From Thermoproteota archaeon (GTDB lineage Archaea; Korarchaeota; JAOZGF01; JAOZFZ01), in NCBI GenBank assembly GCA_027492035.1, contig JAOZFT010000004.1:288001-352000 (forward strand): DNA of 64,000 nucleotides, written 5' to 3'. Shown in pieces: positions 20,162 to 29,093 of the stretch. Position 1 is the first letter of the stretch. Every line of letters begins with the position of its first letter. Position numbers and translations under genes: made by a program. Below the pieces are notes generated by a model. That model made no database searches. It was given only the letters and a program-made list of their open reading frames with translations, and was not told the origin of the DNA.

Positions 20162-20704
20162 ATGTTTTTTGAAGGTTTTATTACGGGAATTTTGAAATGG
20201 CTTTACGGCTTAGTTAAGTGGTGGATTGTTCCACCTAGATCAATGGTCTTCACTTTAATATTAGCTCTTATTCTCAACATTGTCTCAGCTTCTTTCCAGA
20301 AACTTTTAGTTGATGTTGATGAACTTAGAAGAAGCCTTAAAAAGGTTAAAGAGTTTAATGAACTTAAAAAGAAAGCCCTGCTAACTAAAGATAAAAAACT
20401 TATGGCTAAAGTTAAGAAAGAGGAGCCTGCGATTTTGAAGATTCAATTAGAGATTTCTAAAAAACAAATGATGCCTACATTTATAATGTTGCCTTTAATA
20501 CTTGTTTTTTGGTGGATTTTCTACCCTTTCTTTACAGCAATGCCTGTGGTTAAACTCCCCTTCTCCGTGCCTTTCTTAAGCTTATTTCATGGAAACCATA
20601 TATTGTCAAATGATTTGTTAGGGTTCCTTGGCTGGTACATAATTGTTTCTTATTCACTTTACCCCTTTGTGCAAAAACTTTTCAGGATCCCTAGTCTAAG
20701 TTAA
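20162..20704 (+). CDS. EMC3/TMCO1 (DUF106) Oxa1-superfamily membrane protein
   Basis: TM, coiled coil, TM pattern, GWYII; conserved position after secY. Confidence 0.85.
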   Translation: MFFEGFITGILKWLYGLVKWWIVPPRSMVFTLILALILNIVSASFQKLLVDVDELRRSLKKVKEFNELKKKALLTKDKKLMAKVKKEEPAILKIQLEISKKQMMPTFIMLPLILVFWWIFYPFFTAMPVVKLPFSVPFLSLFHGNHILSNDLLGFLGWYIIVSYSLYPFVQKLFRIPSLS

Positions 20705-20733
20705 ATTTTTATGTGGGGGAAGAGGTTCCAGCT

Positions 20734-21000
20734 ATGAGGAAGAAATCAGGTAACGTGAAGAGAATACATAGAAAGACACCAGGTAACCGCACCACTTTAA
20801 TTTATAAAAGAAAGAGACATGGCAAGGCAGTTTGTGCAGTTTGCAGCGCTAAATTGCCAGGTGTACCTACTGGACCGAAAAGTTTAATGAGGAATCTTCC
20901 TAAATCTAAAAAAAGGGTTAACAGGAAATATGGAGGATGCTTGTGTTCTAGGTGTATGCGCGTCCAAGTCACAAAGGAAGTGCGAGGAATTCTTTCATGA
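20734..21000 (+). CDS. rpl34e: 50S ribosomal protein eL34
   Basis: RKTPG, CAVC, RKYGGCLCSRC. Confidence 0.94.
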   Translation: MRKKSGNVKRIHRKTPGNRTTLIYKRKRHGKAVCAVCSAKLPGVPTGPKSLMRNLPKSKKRVNRKYGGCLCSRCMRVQVTKEVRGILS

Positions 21001-21542
21001 CTAAACACGTTGTAGCGATTTCAGGTAAAGCGGGAAGTGGCAAAACGACTGTCGCTAAGGAACTAGCTCGAAAACTAAATTTAAGATATGTTTCTGCAGG
21101 TTTATTTTTTAGGAAACTCTGTAAAGAAAGGGGAGTTGATTTCCAGTTTCTTCACAAAGAAGCTGAAAATGATCCTTCAATAGATAAGAAAGTAGATGAT
21201 ATGTTAAGGAAAGAAGCTGAAAAGGGTAATGTGGTTTTAGAAGGCAGATTAGCATGTTGGATGGCTGCAGAAAACGCAACAGTTAAAGTTTATTTGTTCG
21301 CTTCCGAAAAGGAAAGGGTGAAGAGAATAGCGGAGAGAGATAACTTAAGCTACGAAGAAGCTCTTAAACAAATTCTAAAGAGGGAAGAAAGCAACAAAAG
21401 AAGATATCTTAAATACTACAGCCTAGACCCTGATGAAGCATCCATTTGTGACATTTTGATCAACTCTTCAAAGTGGAAGCCTCATCAAATAGTTGAAATT
21501 ATTAAGAAAGCATATTTCTTACGGGAAAAGGAGGTGGAATAA
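20997..21542 (+). CDS. cmk: Cytidylate kinase
   Basis: ISGKAGSGKTT, VSAGLFFR, LEGRLA. Confidence 0.93.
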   Translation: MTKHVVAISGKAGSGKTTVAKELARKLNLRYVSAGLFFRKLCKERGVDFQFLHKEAENDPSIDKKVDDMLRKEAEKGNVVLEGRLACWMAAENATVKVYLFASEKERVKRIAERDNLSYEEALKQILKREESNKRRYLKYYSLDPDEASICDILINSSKWKPHQIVEIIKKAYFLREKEVE

Positions 21543-21814
21543 TGTCTCTTTTTGAAGTAGGCAGGGTTTGTGTTAAAAAAGCTGGGAGAGAAGCTGGGCG
21601 TTTCTGCGTCATTGTGGATTTAATAGATAAAAACTATGTTTTGGTTACGGGGCCAAAGCAATTAACAGGTGTAAGGAGAAGGAGAGTTAACATTGACCAT
21701 TTGGAAATAACTAAACATAAAATCAACATCTCCAAAGGAGCTGATGACGACGAGGTAGTGAAGGCTTTAAATGAATCAACACTGCTTAAAATTTTTCAAG
21801 GAAGGAAGAAATGA
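21542..21814 (+). CDS. rpl14e: 50S ribosomal protein eL14
   Basis: GRVCVKKAGREAG, VLVTGPK. Confidence 0.95.
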   Translation: MSLFEVGRVCVKKAGREAGRFCVIVDLIDKNYVLVTGPKQLTGVRRRRVNIDHLEITKHKINISKGADDDEVVKALNESTLLKIFQGRKK

Positions 21815-22778
21815 ATAAAGGGATGGATGAGTGGCTTACAAAAACAAGATATGAAAAGCCAAATTTGTACAAAGGATGGAGCAGTGAAAAAGATGTACCC
21901 CAATTATTAAATAAAGGAATTGTTCCAGTTGATAAGCCTCCCTCAATGACTTCAACGGCTGTTGTGGAATGGGTTAAATCCCTCTTCCATGTATCTAAGG
22001 CAGGTCATTTAGGAACCCTAGACCCCTACATAAAGGGGAGGGAAATCCTAACGTTACAGGGGTCTTACCTGTAGCCCTCGGTAAAGCCTGTAAAGTTGCT
22101 GATTTATTGCTTAAAACAGAAAAGGAATATGTTGGAGTGATGAAGCTTCATCGAGATATTCCAGAAGAAAATGTACGTAATGTTTTTGAAGTGTTTAAAG
22201 GGGAAATATATCAGGTTCCCCCCTCCAGGGCGGCTGTGAAAAGGAGTTTGCGCGTAAGAAAAATTCATGAACTGAAACTTTTACAGAAAAAGGGTAAATT
22301 CGTTCTGTTTCAGGTGAACTGTCAATCAGGTACTTACGTAAGGAAACTCTGCGTCGATATCGGCAGGGTTTTGAAAGTAAGAGCTAACATGGTTAGTTTA
22401 CGCAGAATAAAAACTGGAACATTTCACGAAGATCAATCCTTCACTTTACCACAAATAACCCTCGCTTATTATTTGTGGAAAACTAGGGGGGTAGAGGAGC
22501 CGATAAGGGAAGTTGTTAAACCACTAGATTCAGTCCTTAACAATTTGTTACCTGCAATATTAATCAAAGACTCTGCAGTCGAACCTGTTAAGAACGGTTT
22601 TCCGTTAATGATCCCAGGAATCATAGCTTTATCCAGTAAGGTTCCGAGAGGAGGCATTGTCTCTATTCAAAAATTAAACGGGGAAATAATTGCAGTTGCA
22701 AAAACGGTTTTATCTTCTGAAGAAATTTACAAGAAGAAAAGGGGGGTTGCAGCGAAACCTATCAAAGTTCTTGTCTAA
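21811..22778 (+). CDS. cbf5: H/ACA pseudouridine synthase Cbf5, two exons (21811-22021 and 22045-22778)
   Basis: Removing 23 nt joins the two track ORFs and restores GHLGTLD-PNVTGVLP..KEYVG; GTYVRKLC and PUA domain in exon 2. Confidence 0.95.
22022..22044 (+). other. BHB intron in cbf5 mRNA (23 nt)
   Basis: Central helix CCCT/AGGG, bulges AG|A and AA|A, inner CCCC/GGGG, outer TTAGGA/TCCTAA. Confidence 0.93.
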
Positions 22779-22858
22779 AAAGAAATTTTAAAAACGTATA
22801 CCTTACCCTTATTTCTTAAAGGGTAAAATGTTTTTGCTGCTTAATTTGTTGAAAGATT

Positions 22859-22962
22859 GCCGGGGTACTCCAGCCAGGTAGGAGGCGGGCCTGGAGAAAT
22901 TTCTTTTAAACAAAAAGCCCGTGGCTCTTGGAGCCTCGTGGGTTCAAATCCCACCCCCGGCG
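22859..22962 (+). tRNA. tRNA-Ser(GGA) with 19-nt anticodon-loop intron (about 22897-22915)
   Basis: GCCGGGG/CCCCGGC acceptor, G73, long variable arm; body identical to tRNA-Ser(GCT) at 59998. Confidence 0.88.
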
Positions 22963-22966
22963 TCTC

Positions 22967-23431
22967 TTATTTTTCCCTTTCTTTCTTAACAGCGAACTCT
23001 GGGAAGAAAAAAACTTCTCTGCCTACTTTCTCAACTTCCTCAAAATCTATGTAACATATCCCCTTACGTGCTAAATTGGTAAGTAGGTCTTTTGCGTCAT
23101 CGATGGGTATTTGCAGCTCTTCAGCAACTGTTGAAACAGTTAATTTTCCATTGTAGGCTTCCGCTAATCTAAGTACTGGACTTTCAAGTCTTAAACTTTT
23201 AGGTTTCCTTGTTCCAAAAAATAGGGTTAGTCCTGCTAAAGCGAAGAAAACAAAACCTGTCAGGATTCGTTGAGGTGCAAAAACAGAGGCAATTATAAAA
23301 AGAATACCTAAGAAGGCAAGTATTGTAGAGGATATGTACAATAACGCCTTAATTACTTGTCTCTGTTTCATTTCTATTTTGCACGCTGCTTGATTTTTAG
23401 GTTTCGGCTTCAAGTTTTTTAATTTCTTCAT
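22967..23431 (-). CDS. Two-TM membrane protein with C-terminal winged helix
   Basis: Two hydrophobic segments, then VLRLAEAYNGKLTVSTVAEELQIPIDDAKDLLTNLARKG. Confidence 0.7.
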   Translation of the reverse strand: MKKLKNLKPKPKNQAACKIEMKQRQVIKALLYISSTILAFLGILFIIASVFAPQRILTGFVFFALAGLTLFFGTRKPKSLRLESPVLRLAEAYNGKLTVSTVAEELQIPIDDAKDLLTNLARKGICYIDFEEVEKVGREVFFFPEFAVKKEREK

Positions 23432-24089
23432 CCACTCTACTTTTTATCCTTTCCTTCTCCAACTCTTTCTCTAATATATCTCTTTCTTCTTCGTCCATGT
23501 AGTTTATGGCCCCCCCTGTAGCTATTAACTCATCTATGGCTGCACTTTTGGCTTTTAAGTCATTTATTTTTTCTTCAGCCCTTCTCACTATTGCACCAGC
23601 GTTAGCGGCGTCGTTCGACAGTCCAGTCAGCGTTTCCTTTATTTCTTTCTGTGCTTCAGCGGTTTCATACTGGGCCTTCAACATCTCCTTTTTTGCAGCA
23701 AAGGAATCAACTTTAGTCCTTAAAGTTTCTCTTAATGTTTTCAGCTTCTCTTCATCTTTTTTCATCGATTCTATTTCTTCATTTAGTTTTCTCAGCTGCT
23801 CTTCCAGAAGTACCTTCCTCTCAATAGCCATCCTCGCTAAGTCTTTTCTCCCAAGTTTCATGGCTTCTTCTGCATTCTCCTCATTTTTCCTGATTTTCTC
23901 TTTTATCCTCTCTCTCCTGAACTCTAACTTTTTTCTGGCAGCAATAGCTGTTGTTAAGCTCATATCTACGTTATGGAGTTGTTGAATCATTTTTTCGTAA
24001 GCGTAGTCAAGTTGTTCACGTGGGTCTTCAAATGAAGAAAGTACTTTATTGATTTTTGAAGCTATAAGTGTTTTAACGCGTTCCAACAT
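23397..24089 (-). CDS. pspA: PspA/IM30 (Vipp1, ESCRT-III superfamily) protein
   Basis: FEDPREQLD, GRKDLARMAIERK, long coiled coil, AIDEL. Confidence 0.9.
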   Translation of the reverse strand: MLERVKTLIASKINKVLSSFEDPREQLDYAYEKMIQQLHNVDMSLTTAIAARKKLEFRRERIKEKIRKNEENAEEAMKLGRKDLARMAIERKVLLEEQLRKLNEEIESMKKDEEKLKTLRETLRTKVDSFAAKKEMLKAQYETAEAQKEIKETLTGLSNDAANAGAIVRRAEEKINDLKAKSAAIDELIATGGAINYMDEEERDILEKELEKERIKSRVDEEIKKLEAET

Positions 24090-24125
24090 TTTTTCTTCAT
24101 CACCTTCAAAAACACTTTAAATTTC

Positions 24126-24521
24126 CTACACCCTCCTTCCTCTTCTCCCTCCAGGTCTCCTTGTGCCGTCGTGAGGTATAGGTGTAACATCTTCTATCGA
24201 CTCAATTATTAACCCACTTCTAGCTAATGCCCTTATAGCCGCCTGTGCACCTGGACCTGGAGTTTTGGATTTATGTCCTCCTTGGGCTCTGACTTTAACA
24301 TGTATTCTTTTAATTCCTTTGTCAAGGGCTTCCTTAGCTGCTGCATAAGCTGTCTTCATGGCTGCAAAGGGGGTTCCTTCTTCACAATCTTTCCTCACAA
24401 ACATTCCTCCACTTTTTCTTGAAATTATTTCTGCACCTGTTAAGTCTGTTATTGTCACTATTGTGTTGTTGTAGCTTGAGTAGATGTGAGCTACTCCCTT
24501 CCTTCTTTTCGATTCTTTCAC
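24126..24521 (-). CDS. rps11: 30S ribosomal protein uS11
   Basis: [30 protein letters not shown]. Confidence 0.97.
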   Translation of the reverse strand: MKESKRRKGVAHIYSSYNNTIVTITDLTGAEIISRKSGGMFVRKDCEEGTPFAAMKTAYAAAKEALDKGIKRIHVKVRAQGGHKSKTPGPGAQAAIRALARSGLIIESIEDVTPIPHDGTRRPGGRRGRRV

Positions 24522-24522
24522 G

Positions 24523-25020
24523 TTAACTCACCTTTCTCCCTGAACCTTTTTGAGTAAATGTTATAGTGTCTTCCTCTTCTCTTTTGACGATGTAACTCGG
24601 TTTCTTTATTCTTCTTCCTGCAACTGCAACGTGTCCATGTGTTATTAGTTGTCTTGCTTCATAAATTGTTTTTGCTAACCCTTTCTCAAAAACTATTGTC
24701 TGTAACCGCCTCCTTAGAAAGTCTTCAACTGTTAAGTTAAGTACAGCCTCCAACTTGGCGTTTTCACTAAGTACTTTCTCTCTTTTTAGTTTTTCTAGTA
24801 TCTTCTTCTCTAAAGCTCTATTTTTCTCGTTTGGAGGCATACCTATCAGCTTCCTAGCTATCACTCTGTATCTTCTAAGCACTGCCCTGGCTCTCCATAT
24901 TTCTCTTTTGTTTCTTAAACCATATTTTCCAAGCAGTTCTTGTTCCTGGACCAACCTTATTTTGTCCCAAGGTATCCTAGGCGGCTTATATTTTCTCCTA
25001 ACTCTTTTTATGTCTCCCAT
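24523..25020 (-). CDS. rps4: 30S ribosomal protein uS4
   Basis: [27 protein letters not shown]. Confidence 0.97.
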   Translation of the reverse strand: MGDIKRVRRKYKPPRIPWDKIRLVQEQELLGKYGLRNKREIWRARAVLRRYRVIARKLIGMPPNEKNRALEKKILEKLKREKVLSENAKLEAVLNLTVEDFLRRRLQTIVFEKGLAKTIYEARQLITHGHVAVAGRRIKKPSYIVKREEEDTITFTQKGSGRKVS

Positions 25021-25027
25021 TTCTTTA

Positions 25028-25477
25028 TCACTTCCTTACTTCTCTCCTCTTAACCCCTACTGCTACTCCTTTCCTGCCTGTTGTTTTTGTCCTTTGTCCT
25101 CTCACTTTTAACCCTAAAGCATGTCTTATTCCTCTCCAGTTCTTGACTTTCTTTTGTCTATCTATATCCTCCTTAACTTTCAGTTCCAGGTCCGGCCCCA
25201 CTAAATGTAAATCCTTCCCTGTTTCAAGATCTTTTCTTCTGTTTAAAAGCCATGGGGGGGCAATTGTGGCGTCTATCTTTTTTATGAATTCCTCTATCTT
25301 TTCCACCTCCTTGTCTTTTAACTCCCCTATTTTGCTGTTGCTATCCAGTTTCAGCTTTGAAACTATGTATTGGGCTGTTGCGTAACTTACCCCCTTTATT
25401 TGAGCTAATCCATAAATTAATTTGTAGTTTCCTTGTATATCTGTCCTTGCTATCCTTACAATGTGTTTGAAAGACAT
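25028..25477 (-). CDS. rps13: 30S ribosomal protein uS13
   Basis: PWLLNRRKD, RGIRHALGLKVRGQRT. Confidence 0.97.
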   Translation of the reverse strand: MSFKHIVRIARTDIQGNYKLIYGLAQIKGVSYATAQYIVSKLKLDSNSKIGELKDKEVEKIEEFIKKIDATIAPPWLLNRRKDLETGKDLHLVGPDLELKVKEDIDRQKKVKNWRGIRHALGLKVRGQRTKTTGRKGVAVGVKRREVRK

Positions 25478-25517
25478 TTTATCTCATCCTTTTCCAGGTT
25501 GAAAAAATTGTTTTATT

Positions 25518-26184
25518 TTAATTTATAAATTCTTCCAATTTCTTCTGTCCCTTCTTATTCCTGATTTTTTCTATTGTTTTCCATGTTTTTCTGATGTGTT
25601 TACCGAATGCTTCTCTGTTTTTTAAAGTTTTTTCTAAAAAATTAATTGTTGTTTTATCTGAAGGGTATCCTGAGCCTATCTCACCCATTTCTTCTTTTAT
25701 CTTCTCCATTAGTTCATCCCTGAAAACTTTTGCGATTATTGAAGCTGCTGCAACTACTAAATATTTCTGTTCTGCTTTGTTTTCTGAATGTATCACAACT
25801 TTCCCTTTAATTTCTTTGTTTAAGTATTTACTTATTTTTAAAGTGAATCTTTCTGTTTTTCTGTCAGGTGAATCAACGTAAACTTCATCTGGTTTTGTTT
25901 CGTTGATTATTTCAGCTATTTTTTTGGCTTCGAGCTCATTTAAATTTTTTCTTTTATCTATCTCCTGCGCTGTTACTTTTCTAAATGTGTAGTCACATTT
26001 TTTTATTATTTCTGTGAACAACTCCCTCCTCTTCTTGGCCGTTAATTTTTTGGAATCTTTCACCCCTATTTCCTGCAAAAAATTGATTTGTTTAGCGTTA
26101 ACCTTTACCCCGCAAATTATCATGGGTCCTAAGACAGGTCCTTTAGGCGGTTTATCCTCTACCTGCTTCATCCACTCCTAATAT
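25518..26184 (-). CDS. rnhB: Ribonuclease HII, two exons (about 26184-26159 and 26142-25518)
   Basis: Exon 1 (I)LGVDEAG-R is in a different frame from the track ORF GPVLGPM..VKDSKKL..YVDS..VAAASIIAKV..GSGYPSD; removing 16 nt restores DEAGRGPV; start codon uncertain. Confidence 0.92.
26143..26158 (-). other. Putative BHB intron in rnhB mRNA (16 nt, AGGATAAACCGCCTAA)
   Basis: Central helix AGGU/GCCU, bulges AG|A and AA|A, inner GG/CC hairpin, outer C-G pair; contains in-frame TAA. Confidence 0.82.
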
Positions 26185-26212
26185 TTTTTTTGAGTTTTTT
26201 CCTTCTCTTACT

Positions 26213-27319
26213 TTAAATCACCTTTTTAACATATTCTTCTGCATAATCGACTATTACCCTTTTATAACCCTTAAGTTTACGGTCAAGTTCAGGGTCGCCC
26301 GTATCTACATGGAAGAAAGGAGTTTCAATTACTTTGCTTTTTGTTGCAACTAAAATTATGTTTTTAATCCCCACCTTCTTTATAACTTCAGGGCTTATTT
26401 GCTGGTTTCCTCTTCCGAAAATGAACCCTTGCTTACCCAATGGACTAACCACAATTTTGGCCTTTTTATCGTTTATTATTTTCAACAGCTCCTTTTCGTT
26501 TAGATCTAACCCTATAACTCTCTTCTTGTACATTGCATCCACCCCTAAAAATGTTTTAGGTTGGTTAAGCATTTTTGTTATTGTTGAAACAGTTGATCCA
26601 GGCCCTAAAATATAAACTGAGTCGTTCATGTTGTCTATAACCCATTTAGCTATTGAGATTTTATTTTCTTCGTCGCTGGGAAGCAAAGTCTTGGAATTTT
26701 GTACTCGGCCCTTTACCACAGGCACCTTTAAGTAACCCTTGATTTCAAGAACTAAACGGTCTTCTCGGAAAGCTTGTTCATTTACTTCTACAACCTCCCT
26801 CTCTTCAAACTCAGTTTTTCCATCCAGGAATTCACTGAATATTTTAAAGGCTGAATCAATGTTTAGAGCAAAAACCCCACTGTACATTTTCACTCCTGAA
26901 GGAACCCCTATCACGGGGACTTTTGCATCTACTGTTTCACATAGATCCACAGCGGTTCCATCCCCCCCGAAAAAAATAATTAATTCAACTTTTTCTTTTA
27001 ACATTTGTTCAGCTATTTTTTTTGTGTCTTCTCTGGTTGTTTTTTCTTTCCTTAAACCTAAGGGCTTTATTTCAATATTTACTTTCTTCGCTTCTTCTTC
27101 ACCCATATTTCCAGCTCCTGTTAACAATTCAAACTCTTCCTTTCTGTTTTTTATTTTTTCAAGGAACTTCACTGCTTTACTTGGTGTTACTGGTTTTGCT
27201 CCGAGTTTTAAAGCTTTTTTCAGGGTTTCTTCTCCATCAGTGCCCTTTAACCCAACTCTCCCCCCCATGCCGGCAATCGGGTTCACAATTAACCCCACTT
27301 TCCTTTTCATTTTTTTCAA
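26213..27319 (-). CDS. ATP-NAD kinase family protein
   Basis: NPIAGMGG, GGDGTA, PSGVKMYSGVFA, FGRGNQQ. Confidence 0.88.
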   Translation of the reverse strand: MKKMKRKVGLIVNPIAGMGGRVGLKGTDGEETLKKALKLGAKPVTPSKAVKFLEKIKNRKEEFELLTGAGNMGEEEAKKVNIEIKPLGLRKEKTTREDTKKIAEQMLKEKVELIIFFGGDGTAVDLCETVDAKVPVIGVPSGVKMYSGVFALNIDSAFKIFSEFLDGKTEFEEREVVEVNEQAFREDRLVLEIKGYLKVPVVKGRVQNSKTLLPSDEENKISIAKWVIDNMNDSVYILGPGSTVSTITKMLNQPKTFLGVDAMYKKRVIGLDLNEKELLKIINDKKAKIVVSPLGKQGFIFGRGNQQISPEVIKKVGIKNIILVATKSKVIETPFFHVDTGDPELDRKLKGYKRVIVDYAEEYVKKVI

Positions 27320-27321
27320 CT

Positions 27322-27723
27322 CTACTCTTCAAACCAAAGAGAGGGAGATTGTTCATCTACATCTATACTTACCCACTTCTTTCCACTTTGTAAATCTGTT
27401 TCCACAGTAATCCTTATTATGGCTGATGAGTTGTGTTTAAAGGAGTAAACTTCAAACACTTTTCCTCTTAAAATTTTAAACTCTGGCTTTCCCATGTCAA
27501 GTATTTCTCCTGTGCTCAAAGTCAATTCAATTATTTCCCCCTCTGGACCTACATTGCTCTTTAAGGCCTTTTTGATTGCAGAAATTATTTTTTCGTATTT
27601 TTCCTTTTCATAAACAAGATTTGTGGATGAAATGATTAAGTTTCCTTTCTTTTTTGATTTCAGCTCTATTTCCTCTTTCCTTAATGCTTCCTTAACCTGG
27701 TAAGTAATGGATTCGTGGTGCAT
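27322..27723 (-). CDS. Hypothetical protein
   Basis: 133-aa ORF abutting the NAD-kinase gene, typical codon usage. Confidence 0.7.
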   Translation of the reverse strand: MHHESITYQVKEALRKEEIELKSKKKGNLIISSTNLVYEKEKYEKIISAIKKALKSNVGPEGEIIELTLSTGEILDMGKPEFKILRGKVFEVYSFKHNSSAIIRITVETDLQSGKKWVSIDVDEQSPSLWFEE

Positions 27724-27869
27724 CTGCGGCTTCCTCTCCCTTAAAGGTTTTCTTTGAAAAATTTTTTAGGATGAAATGATTAAGTTTAAAATTAAGGTAA
27801 ACGTTAAATTTTAAAAGGGCTTGCTTTGGAATATATATAGGTTTTCTCTGTGAAGAATAAGCCTCAACT

Positions 27870-27942
27870 AGCCCCGTGGTGTAGCGGTCAAGCATGACGG
27901 ACTTTGGATCCGTCGACCTCGGTTCGAATCCGAGCGGGGCTA
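27870..27942 (+). tRNA. tRNA-Gln(TTG)
   Basis: AGCCCCG/CGGGGCT acceptor, ACGGA-CT TTG GA-TCCGT, TTCGAAT. Confidence 0.95.
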
Positions 27943-27947
27943 TAAAA

Positions 27948-28068
27948 GGGCCCGTGGCTTAGCCTGGCTGGAGCGCTTGCCTTATAACGACGTTTATCGT
28001 CTTTTGAAGGCGGCGTTTTCCTTTCATGAGAAAGCAAGAGGTCGCGGGTTCGAATCCCGCCGGGCCCA
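27948..28068 (+). tRNA. tRNA-Ile(TAT) with 46-nt 37/38 intron (27987-28032)
   Basis: GGGCCCG acceptor and T arm match tRNA-Ile(GAT) at 42206; CTTGC-CT TAT A|..|A-GCAAG; helix CUUA/UGAG plus AA|A bulge. Confidence 0.85.
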
Positions 28069-28163
28069 TATGTTTCTTTACTTTCCTGAGGAATATGTTT
28101 CCAAGGAAAAGTTTAAATATTTCTTTGTGGAATTTAGAAGTAATTTTTGGGTTGTTAACATGC

Positions 28164-28238
28164 AGCGGGGTGGGGAAGTCAGGTTATCCCGCGGGGCTCA
28201 TAACCCCGAGGTCGGTGGTTCAAATCCACCCCCCGCTA
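28164..28238 (+). tRNA. Initiator tRNA-Met(CAT)
   Basis: A1:U72, consecutive G-C pairs in anticodon stem, CT CAT AA. Confidence 0.95.
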
Positions 28239-28269
28239 TGTTTTTACTGTTTTTGAGAAAAGGGTTGGG

Positions 28270-29055
28270 TTGATGCGTAAGCTTAACGGGTTCTTTTTTA
28301 CTTGGTTTTTTAAACCTAAACCTGTCCATCCCATTCTTGTTGAGGGGTTGCCTGGTATAGGTTTGGTTGGTAAAATTTCTGCTGATTACTTAATAAACAC
28401 TTACGATGCTGAAAAATTTTTGGAGATACATTCTCAGCACTTTGTTGAACCTGGATACGTTGATGAGTCTTCAGGAGTAAGTAAATTGCCTGTTAATGAA
28501 CTCTTCCTTTTGAAGGGTGAAAAAATAGGGATTGACAGGGACTTCTTTGTTCTTACAGGCGATTGTCAACCTTCCATAAGGGATACTTATGGACATTTTG
28601 TTTTGTCTTATACTTTAGTTAAGCTCTTAAGTGACTTTTCAGGGGATTTGGTTATAACTTTGGGAGGTTTGCAAACTCAATCAATAACTATTCCTCCTTT
28701 AGTGTATGTAAGCACATCTGACAGTTCAGTTTTCTCTCTTTTCAACTTTAAAAAAGCTAATTGTCTCGTTAGTAACTTCGGCAGAATCTACGGAGCAGCT
28801 GGTTTACTTTTGGCTTTCGCTAAAATTTTCGATTTGAAGGGGGTTTCTCTCTTGGGGACAACTCCTGGGAACTTACCTGATTACTACGCAGCCTACACAG
28901 TCCTTGTTTCATTTTCAAAACTTTTTAATTTGTCCTTGGATTTTTCCACTATTCAAGAGATGACTGAGAAAACCAAAAAAATACTTACTTCTTTCAGGGA
29001 AGAATTTAGGAAAAAGAAGGAGGAAAAGAAACCTAAAGGAACAGGGTACATGTAA
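28270..29055 (+). CDS. PAC2 family (proteasome assembly chaperone-like) protein
   Basis: EGLPGIGLVGKI, GDCQP, ITLGG, GAAGLLL, PD motif. Confidence 0.9.
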   Translation: MMRKLNGFFFTWFFKPKPVHPILVEGLPGIGLVGKISADYLINTYDAEKFLEIHSQHFVEPGYVDESSGVSKLPVNELFLLKGEKIGIDRDFFVLTGDCQPSIRDTYGHFVLSYTLVKLLSDFSGDLVITLGGLQTQSITIPPLVYVSTSDSSVFSLFNFKKANCLVSNFGRIYGAAGLLLAFAKIFDLKGVSLLGTTPGNLPDYYAAYTVLVSFSKLFNLSLDFSTIQEMTEKTKKILTSFREEFRKKKEEKKPKGTGYM

Positions 29056-29093
29056 TTCTTTTAGGGAGGAGGGCTTAACTGAAAAATTTTTGT

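Noticed and set aside
21811-22778. cbf5 as a frameshifted pseudogene or two genes
   Set aside because: Explained by a BHB intron at the known site
26143-26171. rnhB starting at ATG 26171 (MKQVEDKPPK)
   Set aside because: That product lacks the catalytic D and E, which are encoded in another frame upstream of the insert
23506-27410. Long antisense ORFs such as 23506-23985 and 26739-27410
   Set aside because: Shadows of real minus-strand genes, with Ser/Phe-rich antisense composition
27983-27985. Reassignment of AUA to Met
   Set aside because: The tRNA body is Ile-type and ATA codons occupy ordinary Ile positions in conserved proteins
27977-28273. Track ORFs over the tRNA cluster, and similar ones at 22857, 42186, 52035 and 59450-60067
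   Set aside because: They overlap tRNA, 5S or SRP genes
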